NCBI RefSeq assembly: GCF_009914755.1
Contig: NC_060932.1
DNA: 64,000 nt
DNA from: the human T2T-CHM13v2.0 reference genome, Homo sapiens
Reading direction: 5' to 3' (one strand)
This document shows positions 24,291 to 38,051 of the stretch, piece by piece. Numbering within the stretch: the first letter of the stretch is position 1; every line of letters begins with the position of its first letter. The translations under genes were made by a program, and so were the position numbers. The notes under the pieces are model-generated. The model was not told the origin of the DNA. It saw nothing but the letters and a program-made list of their open reading frames with translations, and searched no databases.

Positions 24291-25439
24291 TTTTGCACTT
24301 AGTTTTTAGTAAACTTGTATAGTATTTTGCCAACTAAGGTAGTTTTTAAAATTATATTTCAGCACTGGGTGATATAAGGATTTTTAAATTTATAAATTAT
24401 GCCTAACTCCATAGCCTCAGTCATGATAACATTATGAATTCAATCTTTTAACTCGTTTCAATGATAGTGAAAATATCTGTCTGTATTTTAAAGAATATAA
24501 AAGACTTAGCCATGCCCATGGTAAATGGGGGGTTCATAAAAGCATGTGCTTGATCTGTCAGAAGGGGACCTGGTGTTAACATCTAGCATCTTCCCCGGGA
24601 GGCCAGCCAGGTACAACATTAGCTTTGCTACTCGACAGCATCGCCCATGGTACCAGGGACCCATCAGGAACCTGGTACCTGTTTAAGAAAGAAAGAAGTG
24701 TCTGATGGGAACACTGTGCTTGGGTCTTCCCTGAGGACAGACATGGACAGCTGAGTGCATCCCTGCAGGGGCCCCAGAAGGCGTTCCTCTGGATCCCTTG
24801 GAGCAGATGTGGACCTCTCCAGATCCCGGACAGCCTGGGCGCATGATCCACATGGTCTTCCACAAGCCTAGAGCTGTCATGTAAACCCCTGAGACTGCCC
24901 TGATGGCAAGATGAGGCTCCTGTCCTGTAGGGAACTGGCCCCTGTGGGCTCATGAACCAAGATAAGGACGTCTGTGCACCATTAAAAAAATAAACCCACA
25001 GCAAAGCCGCTGCAGGATGAGCCCAGGGGATGTCAGGGCCCTAGACCGAGAAACAGAGACAGCCAGAAGTTCAGTTCAGTGCCTGAGGCAGGGAATGCGG
25101 ACTGGAGCTTGGTGTCTGAAAGCAGGGAAGAAAGGAGACTGGGGAAAAGCAAAATAGCCAGGACCTGATGTAGGGCTTATGGAAACCAGGTGGCTGGAGG
25201 ACAGCACTGAGCAGAACATGCTACACCTGCAAGGTGAATGCGTGGGTGTGGGGTCCTCAGCGTGAGAATGAGACCAAACTCTGAACCAAGGGAGAGCATC
25301 CCCTAAGGCCGGGAGAAAGCGTCAGGGTAGGGCAAGAGGAGGAAGAAACCGGCTCAGCTGCTGGAGAAACTCACCTCAAGGCCACACATGCAGCAGGACA
25401 ACTGTGAACTGACTTTGTCCACCCAATACCCACATCAGC

Positions 25440-27955
25440 AAATTCAAAATGATGAGAACAGAGGCAGATGTAAGTTAAGAACAGATGTCTATGAAAAACG
25501 AGGAGACTAAGGAATTTGGAGACCTAAAATTGGGAAGGACCGACTCCAGAGTAGATCTGCTCAAAGTCCATCTGGAGGGAAATGCTGAGTTGCCCACGAG
25601 AACATGGCCAAGGAATACAAACAAATGAACAGCATGAAGCAGGAGCCCAGAGCTAGGGAGGAAAGATGTAGAGACTCCAACAAGTTAGCAGAATTCCAGA
25701 AGAAAAGATCCCAGAGGTCGACAGAAAAGTTGTATCCAGGGAACAGTGGCTGGGAATTGACCAGGATAACATCACCCATCCAGACTGAAAGGGTTCTGCT
25801 GTTGCCTGGAAGGAAAAATCCCCAACCTGGACAGATGATGTGAAACTCAAGACCATGCATGACTAAGAGAAACTCTTATTAACCTCCCCCAGAAAGATAG
25901 GAATCTACAAAGGAGCAAGGATTAGACCAACAATAGATTCTTCGTTAGTAAAAACATATGCAAGAAGATGGTCAAATTATGGCTTCCACGTCTTGAAGAA
26001 AAATAAAATTCCCACCTAAAATCTCATGTCTAAGTAAATTAGTCGTAAAAAAAAATTAGTGTCAGATATACAAAAACTCAACCTTCTATTCTACCTGAAA
26101 GATTACTCCAATGCATATGAAAGGGGAAAAAAATAACAACAGAAGATACAGGATACAAGAAACAGCAGTGAACAGAGAGATCAATAAAAAATATTGTGTC
26201 TTATTGACAATTAAAAACTATGAGTGCTTATTTGAATAATTTAAAGAAGAGGCTTCAATAGGTAAAAGGTGTTAAGATCTTTATTTTAATAAACTTTAGT
26301 TAAGGCAAAATACAAAATAAAAGATAAGAAACACTACATAGGTTAAAAATCCAATTAATCAGGAGCATAATAAGTATGAACTAATAAGCTTTTTACAACT
26401 AGCATTAAATTTCATAAAATAAAAAGGAGAAATTGACAAACCTACAATTATAGATTTCAGTATATTTTCTCAGAAAAGGAATTGCTCAAGCAGACAAATT
26501 AGTGAGGATATAGATGATTTGAACAACACAACGACAAATGTAATATGATAAATATGTATTACCAAGTGTAGAATAAACACTCTTTTTAAGCATAACCCAA
26601 AGAGTAACAAAATCAATTACAAACATTTTAAAGAATAAATATGATGTGGCTACTCCCTCATAATGTAATGCAGTTGAGTTAGAAATAATATAAACAAACA
26701 TCCTCATATACTTGAAAATAATCAAATGTCAACAGAAAGCACTTGATATGGTTTGGCTGTGTCCCTACCCAAATCTCATCTTGAATTGTAACTCCCACAA
26801 TCCCCACATGTCATGGAAAGAGCATGTTGGGAGGTGATTGAATTTTGGGGGTGGGTCTTTCCTGCTCTGTTGTCTTGATAGTGAATGAGTCTCATGAGAT
26901 CTGATGGTTTTAAAAATGGGAGTTTCCCTGTACAAGCTCTCTTCTCTTGTCTGCTGCCATGTGAGACATGCCCTTCATCTCCCACCATGATTGTGAGGCC
27001 TCCCCAGCTACATGGAACCGTAAGTCCAATAAGTCTCTTTCTTTTGTAAATTGCCCAGTCTTGGGTATGTCTTTATCAGCAGCATGAAAATTGACCAATA
27101 CAGTACTCTTCTCCATAATTCATAACTTAACAGTGCCGCAATGAATATTGTAAAATACTTGGAATTAATATAAAATGAACTTATATCAGTATTTGTAGGA
27201 AGACAGCTAAAATGCAACTTAGATTGCAACCTTAAAAGTTCATACATGTATTTATTGGAAAATGACAAGGAAAATAAAAATAAATGACTTACATAGCAAA
27301 ATGAGCTAGAAAAAGAACAGAGTACGCTAAATAAAATAAGAGAAAGAAAATGATAAATATAAAATAAAAAATAATCAAAATAGAAAACAAAATGCTAGTT
27401 AGTTAAAAATAGACAATCTCTATCAAAACTCACCAAATCAGAAAAAAAATTTAAAGCCTATTAGAAATATAATTTTTTGAAAAAATATAACACAATGAGC
27501 AATTTTATGATGTAAAATTTAAAAAGCTAGATAAAAAGGACAATTTGTCTAAAAAATAAAATTGAACAATTCAGTGAGAATGCAAATAAACTTACTACCA
27601 GTAAATAAATCCATAATTTTAAATAACTAGATCTCTCTTTCCTTGAGAGAGAGAGAGAGAAAGAGTGAGTGAGTATGTGCCAGGGAATACAAAAGAGGGG
27701 AAAGCTACTTGGCTAACATGAGAATGATATATTCTTGGTAACAAAACAGGCCAAGGACAGAATAAGAAAAGAAAATTATAGGTCAGATTGACTGCTGGGA
27801 ACAGATGGAAAATATTAAATAAGACATTAGACATTTACAGGTACAGAAGTATGCCTATGTATACCTAATAAATATGCATGTGCCCATACTTTTAACACAG
27901 TGATGGCTCTCAATCATGTAAGGTTTATCTCAGGAATGCAAGGATGGCTCAGTGC
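25440..27955 (+). mobile_element. Degraded old L1 (L1M) ORF1-ORF2 remnants, interrupted by THE1
   Basis: A-rich; ctacaaaggagcaaggattagacc (ORF1 C-terminal YKG-IRL-like) and ggtttatctcaggaatgcaaggatgg (GFI-GMQGW-like). Confidence 0.65.
26744..27102 (+). mobile_element. THE1 (THE1A-like) MaLR solo LTR
   Basis: tgatatggtttggctgtgtccc...ttgaccaataca with 5-bp target-site duplication gcact/gtact. Confidence 0.93.
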
Positions 27956-28189
27956 CAGCAAATGTGTCAAGTGGAAGCTTTGCAGGCAGGAAGAGGCCAT
28001 GTGGCTCATATCAGTGCATGTGCTGCACACCCACATGGGAGAGCCTTAAACAAAATCTGGCATGCACGGTCTACATCCAGCTGCTCACTCACCAGCTAGG
28101 TGACTCCCATGCACAGGACGTCGTCTCATGCCCTGCTTGGCTATCTAGGGTGAGCCATCCTTGTTTTCCTGAGGTTTGGGCATTTCTGT

Positions 28190-28607
28190 TGTTAAAAGAT
28201 CAACTTAGGCACATTAAAATTCTGTGGAGTTTATTTGAACAGACAGCAGTTCATAAATTGGGCAGCACCAGACTGCAAGCAGTGTAGCACTTCTCTAGGG
28301 CTTCAGAGGTGAGACAGAAAATTTCATAAGTTGTTCCTGGAAACAAAACAAAACATGTTGGATTAGTTTGAAAAATCCCTACTTAGAGTTAATTGATAGT
28401 TTCTGATTGGTGGAGTCTCTACTTAGAGGTCAGTTGGCAGTTTCTGGATGGTAGAATTCCTACTTAGGGTTCAGCTGGTGGTTTCTGATTGGTAAGGGCT
28501 CTCGTTTCATTTCACCATTTACACGGGAGTTTGGTTTGCTTACATAGGAACTAAAAGTGCTGGGGCCATCCCAGCCCATTGGCCTCCGAATTAAACTTTC
28601 GTTAACA
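28190..28607 (-). mobile_element. ERV1 solo LTR (MER93-like)
   Basis: Termini tgttaa...ttaaca, exact 4-bp TSD ctgt on both sides, and an internal ctacttag...tttctgattgg repeat of about 39 bp x3. Confidence 0.75.
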
Positions 28608-29223
28608 CTGTAGTGGCTGCTGTCACTCACTGTGAGCTCATGGGGTCCAGGATTGTGTCTTGTTCATTGCTGTGGCTTCCATACTAAACAAAGTACAGGA
28701 GACATAAGAGATACAAAAGGCTGGGTTAACGTGCTGATGGTGTGTAAGCTGAAGATGACTTAGGGACATGGAACACTGCCCTTTTGTGAAACATTCTTAC
28801 AATAACAACTTACAAGAACTAATCCTAAAGACAGTCATCCACAGCCACTGAGAGGAGGGGAGAAATATGTTCCACTGCCCGGTGTCAGCACAGTTAAAAC
28901 CAGCAGGGATGAGCCTGCAGCAGGCACATGGCACAACTCTCCAAGCAGACCTCTACTCCCCAGCTTCAATCCCAGTGTTTTCCATTTACACATAGAGGAT
29001 ATTCAGTGCATGCTTCACACTGAGGCAGAAAAGCAGGGTTTTTCTGTCCTTAAAAAAAATAAGCAGTATTCATCTGATTTGTCCAAGGTGATCTGGCCAT
29101 TCATTGTGGAGTCAAGCCGATGCTCAGAACCCATTTTACCTTCATCATACACGGCCTTCTGCTTAATTTTCAGATATGCACCTGAAAATATCATCCTGCA
29201 GAATGAAAGCAGAAGGGGAGAGA

Positions 29224-29226
<3 letters not shown>

Positions 29227-29279
<53 letters not shown>

Positions 29280-29280
29280 T
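29227..29280. repeat. (AT)n-(AC)n microsatellite
   Basis: About 22 AT units followed by acacacacat. Confidence 0.97.
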
Positions 29281-30129
29281 ATGAACTTAGAATTCATTTT
29301 TAGTGAGAATAATTATGTTACTGTGTGGTAAAATAAACCACTGCCGCAGCATTTTGCCTTTTAGGATAATTTTACGGCTCCTTAGGAGGTTTCAGCACTC
29401 ACTTTAAAGGTGACATTCTCTGCAAAAATACTTTAATCCCTATATGTCACCAATGATCTGTGATTCCTTTGGTTAGATTTTAACTTAGATTCTACATAAG
29501 CATTCGAAATCCTCCTTGCTAAAAATAAGAAGAAAATAATAGTACAGATTAAATCTTTAGTGGCTTCATTGCTTTATAGAGGAACTTAGCCACATTTACG
29601 TTGCATTGCGAATGTGTGGCTGTTTTCTCAAATACAAGGAAGTCATGCTGATGTTTCTTCAAGGTCGGTTTGATCAAATCACATTAGGCAAAGGACTTTA
29701 AGCTGGTCTTCTAGCAGAAGAAGCCTGGAAAGACTGATGTTTGCAAAGCCTAGGTCTACAGGCCTTGTAGCTAAGGTGACTCAGACAAACCCCATTGCTT
29801 CTGGGCCTCAGAGGTTTTGTATTTAAAATGAAGATCAGACCATGGATCTCACACAGTTGCCTATGACTGCTCTTCTATGAGATTGAGAGGAGTTTGTGAC
29901 CTGCCTTTCATACTTTCTTGAAGAAAAATTAATCATTTTAAGTATTCTTTTCTATCACAGTTTTCTTCCACTCAGAAATATCTTCAACCTGCAGATCCAA
30001 AAATAAGATGAACAGTTATTGAAACATCCTTTGTTAGTCTTTAAAGGACGACCCTGACACGTCTGACACATTAAATCAGGAATGGCACGGCAGCGTCTTT
30101 GATATCAGGCATTGGCAATAATGAATGAA

Positions 30130-30245
30130 TAATGAAAAGATCTGGTTTCCTATTCTGACTCGGCTGTTGACTGTCTCTGGGGTTCTGGGCAAGTCATTAC
30201 CTTCTCTTTTACTTCAAGTCTCCTATTTACAAGATGAGGCTAGCA
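30130..30245 (+). mobile_element. MIR fragment
   Basis: ctgggcaagtcattaccttctc...ttcaagtctcctatttacaagatgagg resembles the MIR core. Confidence 0.6.
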
Positions 30246-31091
30246 CTCATGCCCCTCTTACGGAAAGGAACAAAGCAAATATTTGGACATAGAAACAAAA
30301 ATGTGCCTGCAAACTGTAAAATGGGAAGCAAAGGCTACTACTATTATTTCAATTGTTACAACCCAGTGTACAGAGAACAGAAACACATGCGATTCAAATA
30401 CAAGTCAGTGAGCTGAAATGTCTTTCATGCCTGTTACAGGCCGTTAGCAAAAGTTACATTTTCTGTCAATCTGACACATCATTAGAATCATTATGTGTAA
30501 GTCCCGATTCAATGTTTTGTAATGTTTTTAAAGACTAAAACTCACTAAATTTAATGTTTAGTAATAGAGTAGGGGCTTTATTCATCTGTTCATTCATTGT
30601 GCTCCTTGACTGCACGTCTGATCCATGCTGACAACCTACTGGGCGTCAGCACTGTGTCAAGCTCAGTTCCGTTGGCTGACCAGGTAGACTCTACCCGTGG
30701 GCAAAGGACAATGCATAGAAACAGCAGCAGAAAGAAGAAGAGAAAGGAGAAAGGAAGAGGCAGCCAGCTGCCTGGCGCTCAGCAGCCGTTCATGCACGAG
30801 TTCCCAGGCCAAAGGCAGCACTGGCCACATCCACCTGTATAAAGAGTCAGCTGACCTATCACAGGCTCGCTGGCGTGGTGATGAGACCGGGGCTTGTCCT
30901 TCCAGTGTAGCTTTCAGTCCGACTGCGGAGTGGAGGCACTGGCTCCCGGGCTTACTCTCCTGGGCTATTGGGCAGCTTACTCAGCCTTCCTTTTCTTTAG
31001 TTTGGTGTTTTCATTTGTAAAATGAAGACACTGATGCGTGCATGACAGGGACTCTTCTGATGCCTCCGTGTCGATGGCCACCAAGCCCTGA

Positions 31092-31357
31092 GAACCCTGC
31101 CGGCACCCAGCACCCCATGCCAGCCAGCACCGCTACGGCTGCCATCCATCAGGGCTGAACCCTGCCGGCACCCAGCACCCCATGCCAGCCAGCACCGCTA
31201 CGGCTGCCATCCATCGGGGCTGAATCCTGCCGGCACCCAGCACCCCATGCCAGCCAGCACCGCTACGGCTGCCATCCATCGGGGCTGAACCCTGCCGGCA
31301 CCCAGCACCCCATGCCAGCCAGCACTGCTACAGGCTGCCATCCATCGGGGCTGAACT
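31092..31357. repeat. Minisatellite, 65-bp unit x4
   Basis: gaaccctgccggcacccagcaccccatgccagccagcaccgctacggctgccatccatcggggct at 31092, 31157, 31222 and 31287. Confidence 0.95.
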
Positions 31358-33658
31358 CTGGCGTTTGATCATTCGGGGCTAGTTCCACTTCACATACTCA
31401 TAAGGAAACAAGTGTTTCTCTTTCTGCTTTTTTGCCCCATATTTCATTGCTGTAAAAGCCAGTGGCTAAGATGAAGATTGCAGCATTTAAAAATTCTTTA
31501 TTGATTGGCTTTGCTTCCTCTACAAAAGCAGCTGCCAAATTTAATCTGAGAAACTGCTTTTATATTCAAGAAATTCTATGCACCTTAAAAAAATAATGGT
31601 AGAGGGGATGAAACATCCACTTAACTGAAAGAAGTTAGAATCTGGGGATTAGCCCAACCAAGGAAGCCACAGTCCTGTCTAAATGTTTATTTGTCATTTT
31701 CCCATAAAGATTCATGGGGCATATTGTCTTGAAATTGCCACTGAAATTGTTGACTGGGGAGAGGAGACAAAAGAGATGGGCGAGGGAGTCCAGGGTGTGG
31801 AATTTATGAAACTTTGTCTTTTGTAGTTGTAGTTCTAGAAAGTCAAGGCCTTTTAAGTTAATTGTAAAAACACATTTGACATTTTCATATTGAAGGCACT
31901 GGCCCTGAGCTGTTCTCTTCTGTGTCTGTCATGTCGGCATGCTGTGAATTTGGCTGGTGAGATGCCAGGGCCTCTGGGGACCTCCATGACCTGCCAGCAT
32001 GCAGGTTACGGGTGATTCCCGCGATCGCGTGTTTGGATTAAACCAGGTTCAGCGGGAGTCGCCTGGTCCAGACACACTGGACCCCGGTGACTTGGGTCCT
32101 GACACAGACTGGCCGAGCTGGGGGCGTCCCCAGAGACCAGAGACCCTGGGAATGGCGAGCATCGAGGCGCGGAGTTGCATGGAAGACCCAGGGCCCGCTG
32201 TGCTGCTGACTGCTCCAGGACTCACAGGCGGCTGGACCTCCATGGAGGTGACCCCCACAGTCTGCTCTCCTCATGATTCTGCCAAGTTTTAGTCCCAGGG
32301 CACTTAACATAGGCTTTGGGACTCCCTTGCCGAGCCACACGTCCCCAGTGTGTGGGTGGGAGTCAGCAGGGGAGGAAGCCCCCGCCATGAGCCCAAAGCC
32401 CCTCCAGGAACGTGCGGGACTTGGGTTCCATGAACTCTTGAAGGAGCTTACCTTGAAAATAAGTCACTGAAGATGCTTCCTGTGCCTCTGGCAACAGAAC
32501 CCATCCAGCTCTCTGCTCTACATGTTCCGAAACAACCCCTGTACTGGTCCAGCTGTGGCCGTCAGGGGCATCCAGTCCTAGGAGTGCATGGCCTACGTGT
32601 AGCACAAACAGGAGGGGTTGGTCCTGCCAGGCACCCGCTGCGGTGGCCAGGCCCAAGCACCCGAACCACGTGGTTTAGAAAGGTCTTTTTGCAAAGGTGC
32701 TTGCTGCTGAGCCCGTGAGGCTGCTGTGGTGTGCAAGTGTACAGATGGTGCTGTCTGGTGAGCCCACCCGAGTAGGTCCTCGAGCTGGATGACACATTTG
32801 AAGAATAGTCCTAATCAATAAGGTGCACAGTCGGACACTGGGCAGCCAACGCAGCTGACCGACTTGGAATTTTTTCTGTATCCACAAACACACATTTGGC
32901 AAACCACTGAACACTGGTTAGGTGCCTGGAGTTTTGCTAGACACTGAAGATAAATACACAGATGAGGCAAAACTGGCTTTTTTTTTTTTTTTTTTTTTGC
33001 TAGGAGAGTTCAGATATTGTGTTGACAGCTGAGCAGGTCATATTTGTAGGAATCCAAATTTTTATTAAATGGTATAAACCTCTGCTTATTTGTTCTAAAT
33101 TTCTCCATGATGCACATGGAATCCAGTGCTGTCCATGGTCCCTGGGGTCCTTACACTCTCAGAAACCGAGAATAACACCTCTTTGCAAACCACAAGCCAA
33201 GATTCTTTATGTAAATGTTATTGGAGAGAAAGAAGGGACTTGGGCATCTCACTAAGCCTCTCCATGCCCTGCAAGAAAGTGTTTTTGCGAAGTCCCAGAA
33301 ATGGCGCTGAATGAGGCTCTGTGCTATGGGCGTGGCTGCTTTGCAGGTGGAGCATGGAGACGTGGCCGCAGGGCTGAGGGTTTCGCATTGGAGGATTAAT
33401 ATGACCGTCAGCAGCTCAGCCGCTCTCTCTTTCTGGGTGGGTTTCATCTTGGTAAATGTGGATTCTCAGACTGGCCCTGAGGAAATCTCGTTCCGTTTTC
33501 CTGCAGATTATCTGAGTCTGCAGAGATGGGGTCCTTGAGTGACCCAGGAGGCTGACAGGAGACACCAGGTGGAAGAGCCATGTGGGAAGTAGCCTCACGT
33601 GCAGACAGCAAGCACTCCACCTGCCTGGCCCATCTCCTGTGTAAGAGAGAGCCCTTAG

Positions 33659-34016
<358 letters not shown>

Positions 34017-35284
34017 GTCATTGGCATTTTGAGAAACAGAAAATGCTCCGTGAACATGAGTAACATGCATTATCGTTCCTTCCTCCTCCCTTCATCCTTC
34101 CTCCCCTCCCTCCTCCATGGTATCATCATCCTTCTTATCACTGGGCTTTGATGCAGGAATGGGCGTGCCTGGTCTGCATGTCACATGCCTCTGGCCCTGG
34201 ACTCTTGATCTTGTGGATCCAGATGTACAACATTCAGTACTCTGTGTTATTCTTCCTAAAACTTGAGCTTTGCCAACATTTCAATGGTCACTTTGGCTCC
34301 GCCGTCCTTATTGCTCCTGGAAGCTTAGGGACCCAGGGCCCTTCCAACCTACTCGGGCCTACTGTGTCCTCTTGTATTTTGTGAACAAGCACAGTTTGGG
34401 GATATTTGGGTTTAAGCCCCAGATCTTCCACATTAGCTGTGTGACTTGAGCAGCTTTTGTAGATTTTGGGGTGGTAGTGGAATGAGGGCAACAAAGCCTT
34501 TTTGTAAGAATAAATGTGAGTTAAGTGCCATCCATCGGAAGCAGGCAAGGGCTTTATAACCTCCCACACCGGCGCTTTGACTACATCACGCACCGCACAC
34601 GGGTGTTTCAGTCAAAGACAAACTGCAGGTGCAGCGGTGGCCCTGTAAGATTATCATCAGCTGGAAGACTCCTACTGTCCAGTGACCTCATAGCCGTCAC
34701 AATGCATGACTCACGTGTGACTTACCCTGGTAGAGAAACCCCCTGTGCAGCCACCGTACGGAAGTGTAGCCGTAGAGGGATGCGCAGTGCATCTTGTGAT
34801 GGTGCTGACAGACGACCATGTTGCTGGTTTATGCATCTGGGATACTGTACGTTTCATTATTATTTTAGAGTGCGCTCCTTCTGCTTGTGGAAAACCATTA
34901 TCTGTAAAGAGCCCTGGGCCAGTCCTTCAGGAGGTGTCCGGAAGAAGGCACTGTGGTCGTAGGCGATGGCAGCTCCACGTCTGTCACCGCCACTGCCCCT
35001 TAAGTCCTAACAGTGGGACAGGAAGTGAAGCTGGAAGATGGTGATATCGACAGTCCTGACCCTGCGCAGGTAGAGGCTGATGTGTTTTTGGGTCTTAGTG
35101 CTTAACAAGAGAGTTTAAAAAGTAAATTTAAAAATTAAAGATTAAAAATAGTAAAAGGGTTATAGAATAAGAATATAAAGAAAAATATTTGTACAGCTGT
35201 ACAATGCATTTGTGTTTTAAGCTCAGCCTTACAAGAGAGTCAAACAGTTTTAAAAATAAAATAAAGTACAAGAGTTACAGTGTG

Positions 35285-35830
35285 TGTATGAGTCTGGGTT
35301 CTCTAGAGGGACAGGACTAATAGGATAGGTGTATATATGAAAGGGAGTTTATTGAGGAGAATTGACTCACAACCACAAGGTGAACTCCCACCACAAGCCG
35401 TCTGCAAGCTGAGGAACCAGGAAGCCAGTCCGAGGCCCAAAACCTCAAAAGCAGGGAAGCCGGCAGTGCAGCCTTCAGTCTGTGGCCAAAGGCCTGAGAG
35501 CCCCGGGCAAACCACTGGTGTGAGTCCAAGAGTCCAAAAGCTGAAGAACTTGGAGTCTGATGTTCAAGGGCAGGAGGCATCCAGCATGGGAGAAACATGG
35601 AGGCTGGAAGACTCAGCCAGTCCAGTCCTTCCACCTTCCTCTGCCTGCTTTTATCCTAGCCGTGCTGGCAGCCGAATAGATGGTGCCCACCCAGACTGAG
35701 GGTGGGTCTGCCTCTCCCAGCCCACTGACTCCAGTGTTAATCTCCTTTGGAAACACCCTCACAGACAACCCAGGACAATACTTTGCATCCTTCAATCCAA
35801 TCAGGTTGACACTCCATATTAACCATCACA
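35285..35830 (-). mobile_element. MLT2A (HERV-L) solo LTR nested in Tigger3b
   Basis: tgtatgagtctgggttctctagagggacag...caatccaatcaggttgacactccatattaaccatcaca; TSD gtgtg/gtatg. Confidence 0.92.
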
Positions 35831-36228
35831 GTATGCTAAGGTTAACTTATTATTGAGGAATGAAAAGTATTTTTTGAAAATTGAATGTAGCCCAAGTTTG
35901 CAGTGTGTGTAGAGTCTACAGTAGCATACAGTGATGTCTCGGGCCGCGCATTCACTCCCCACTCACCCATTCACTCACCCACTTACCCATTCACCCACCC
36001 ACTCACCCGGTCACCCAGAGCAGCTTCGGGTTCTGCAAGTTCCATTCATGGTGAGTGTCCTCTGCAGACGTACCATTTTTAACCTTTTGTACCATATTTT
36101 TACTGTAGCTTTTCTATGTGGAGACATGTTGAGATACACAACTTCTTACCCCTGTGTTACAGTTTTCTACAGTCTTCAGTGCAGTCACACGCTGTGCAGG
36201 TGCAGCCTGGGAGCAGGAGGCCTATGCC

Positions 36229-36530
36229 GTTCGGCCCAGGCGTGTAGGGGCGACGCCATCCGGGTCTGCGTTCAGCCCAGGCGCGTAAGGGTGACGCCAT
36301 CCGGGTCTGCGTTCAGCCCAGGCGCGTAGGGGTGACGCCATCCGGGTCTCCGTTCAGCCCAGGCGCGTAAGGGTGACGCCATCCGGGTCTGCGTTCAGCG
36401 CAGGCGCGTAAGGGTGACGCCATCCGGGTCTGCGTTCAGCCCAGGCGCGTAAGGGTGACGCCATCCGGGTCTGCGTTCAGCCCAGGCGCGTAAGGGTGAC
36501 GCCATCCGGGTCTCCGTTCAGCCCAGGCAT
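36229..36530. repeat. Minisatellite, 41-bp CpG-rich unit, about 7 copies, inside Tigger3b
   Basis: gttcagcccaggcgcgtaagggtgacgccatccgggtctgc; period 41 (36311 to 36352). Confidence 0.95.
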
Positions 36531-36911
36531 GCAGGCGCGAAGCCATGCGGGTTTGTATCAGTGCGCTCCACAATGCTCACACAACCACGAGGCCACCTTA
36601 CGTTTCTCTGAATGTGCCCCCTCATTAAGTGGCACATGACTGTACTTATTACTTGTAATGATGGAACGTAGAACCCCACTGGTTTGTAGCGTAAGACGAT
36701 GTTTTCGGTGAAGCGCTATTTTACCAAATTTCTGAGCAGGTTCTGACATCGACCTAACCTCCTGGAACACCTTAGTTCACGTGGATGGATGGATCAGAGC
36801 ACACAGAACGCTATCTGAGTGGTGAATTAATTCCTTTTGTGATTCCTAATTGTGTGAGGAAAAGTTATTTCCCCTCCATCAGCTTTTTTTCTGTAAATAT
36901 GCATCAGTTTA

Positions 36912-37255
<344 letters not shown>

Positions 37256-37751
37256 ACCAAAGTAGGAAAAGAGGCCTAAGTTAAAATTTGGTATAGAGGA
37301 TTTCTCGAGTTGTGGGCTGTTTTCACTTCAGAAACACCTGCTGGTCCCCAGAAGTCAGTACTCCTGTCTCAGGAAGTGCCGGAGGAAGTGCTCCCATCGT
37401 GTGGGTGTGGTTACGAGGGGCAACCAGCGCTAGCCACCTGGTTCTTTTAAAATGCATTTTAAATAGAGTGTGTCTCAGACTTTGAAGTCTTTCCCCATCC
37501 CAGTTTCCTCCCCCAACCATGTCATGGATATGAGGAAGGGTTAGGGGTCTTTCCATTACTGAGAATTAAAACCAGAAGACCAGTTACAGTTAGCGTTTTG
37601 GTCTTAAATCTCATCAGATTCGCTGCTTAGGAGGCCATTTTAGTGCGTTGCTAAGGGAGTTTTTCCAAAGAATAAAATTGCTAATTTAACTTAACAGTAA
37701 CAAGGCCCAAAGAGCTGTGGCTTTTTTAAAAAAAACCACCATACGTATGTA

Positions 37752-38051
37752 AGTGGTGACTCACCACTAGCTTTTGACTAAGTAATTTTTTTCTTTTCAA
37801 AAGAATGGCTGATATCGAAAATATTTTAGTGAAACTAGCAGTGAGGAAAGAACCGAGAACTATTTTATACATGGAGAAAAAGCCGGGCAACACTCGCCAG
37901 AGTTTTCTCCTCCAAGGGCAGGATTTGATCTATCACAATACACACTTCATCAGAAAATCACTTCCGCATGCACAGACTGTGATAACAACGAAATTCTTAG
38001 AATGGAGGCGGCAGCAGGCTCTAAAGATATGTTGCTGGTTGCTATGGAAAC
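37752..38051. promoter_or_regulatory. Candidate enhancer: AP-1, ETS and RFX X-box motifs
   Basis: tgactca at 37757-37763 inside palindrome agtggtga-c-tcaccact; cacttccg at 37959-37966; gttgctatggaaac at 38038-38051. Confidence 0.4.

Larger units (their letters stand above)
34584..36642 (+). mobile_element. Tigger3b-like (Tc1/mariner-pogo) non-autonomous DNA transposon, split by MLT2A
   Basis: Termini catcacgcaccgca...ggcacatgactg flanked by TA; internal cagtccttcaggaggtgtccggaagaaggca matches Tigger3b as I recall it. Confidence 0.85.
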
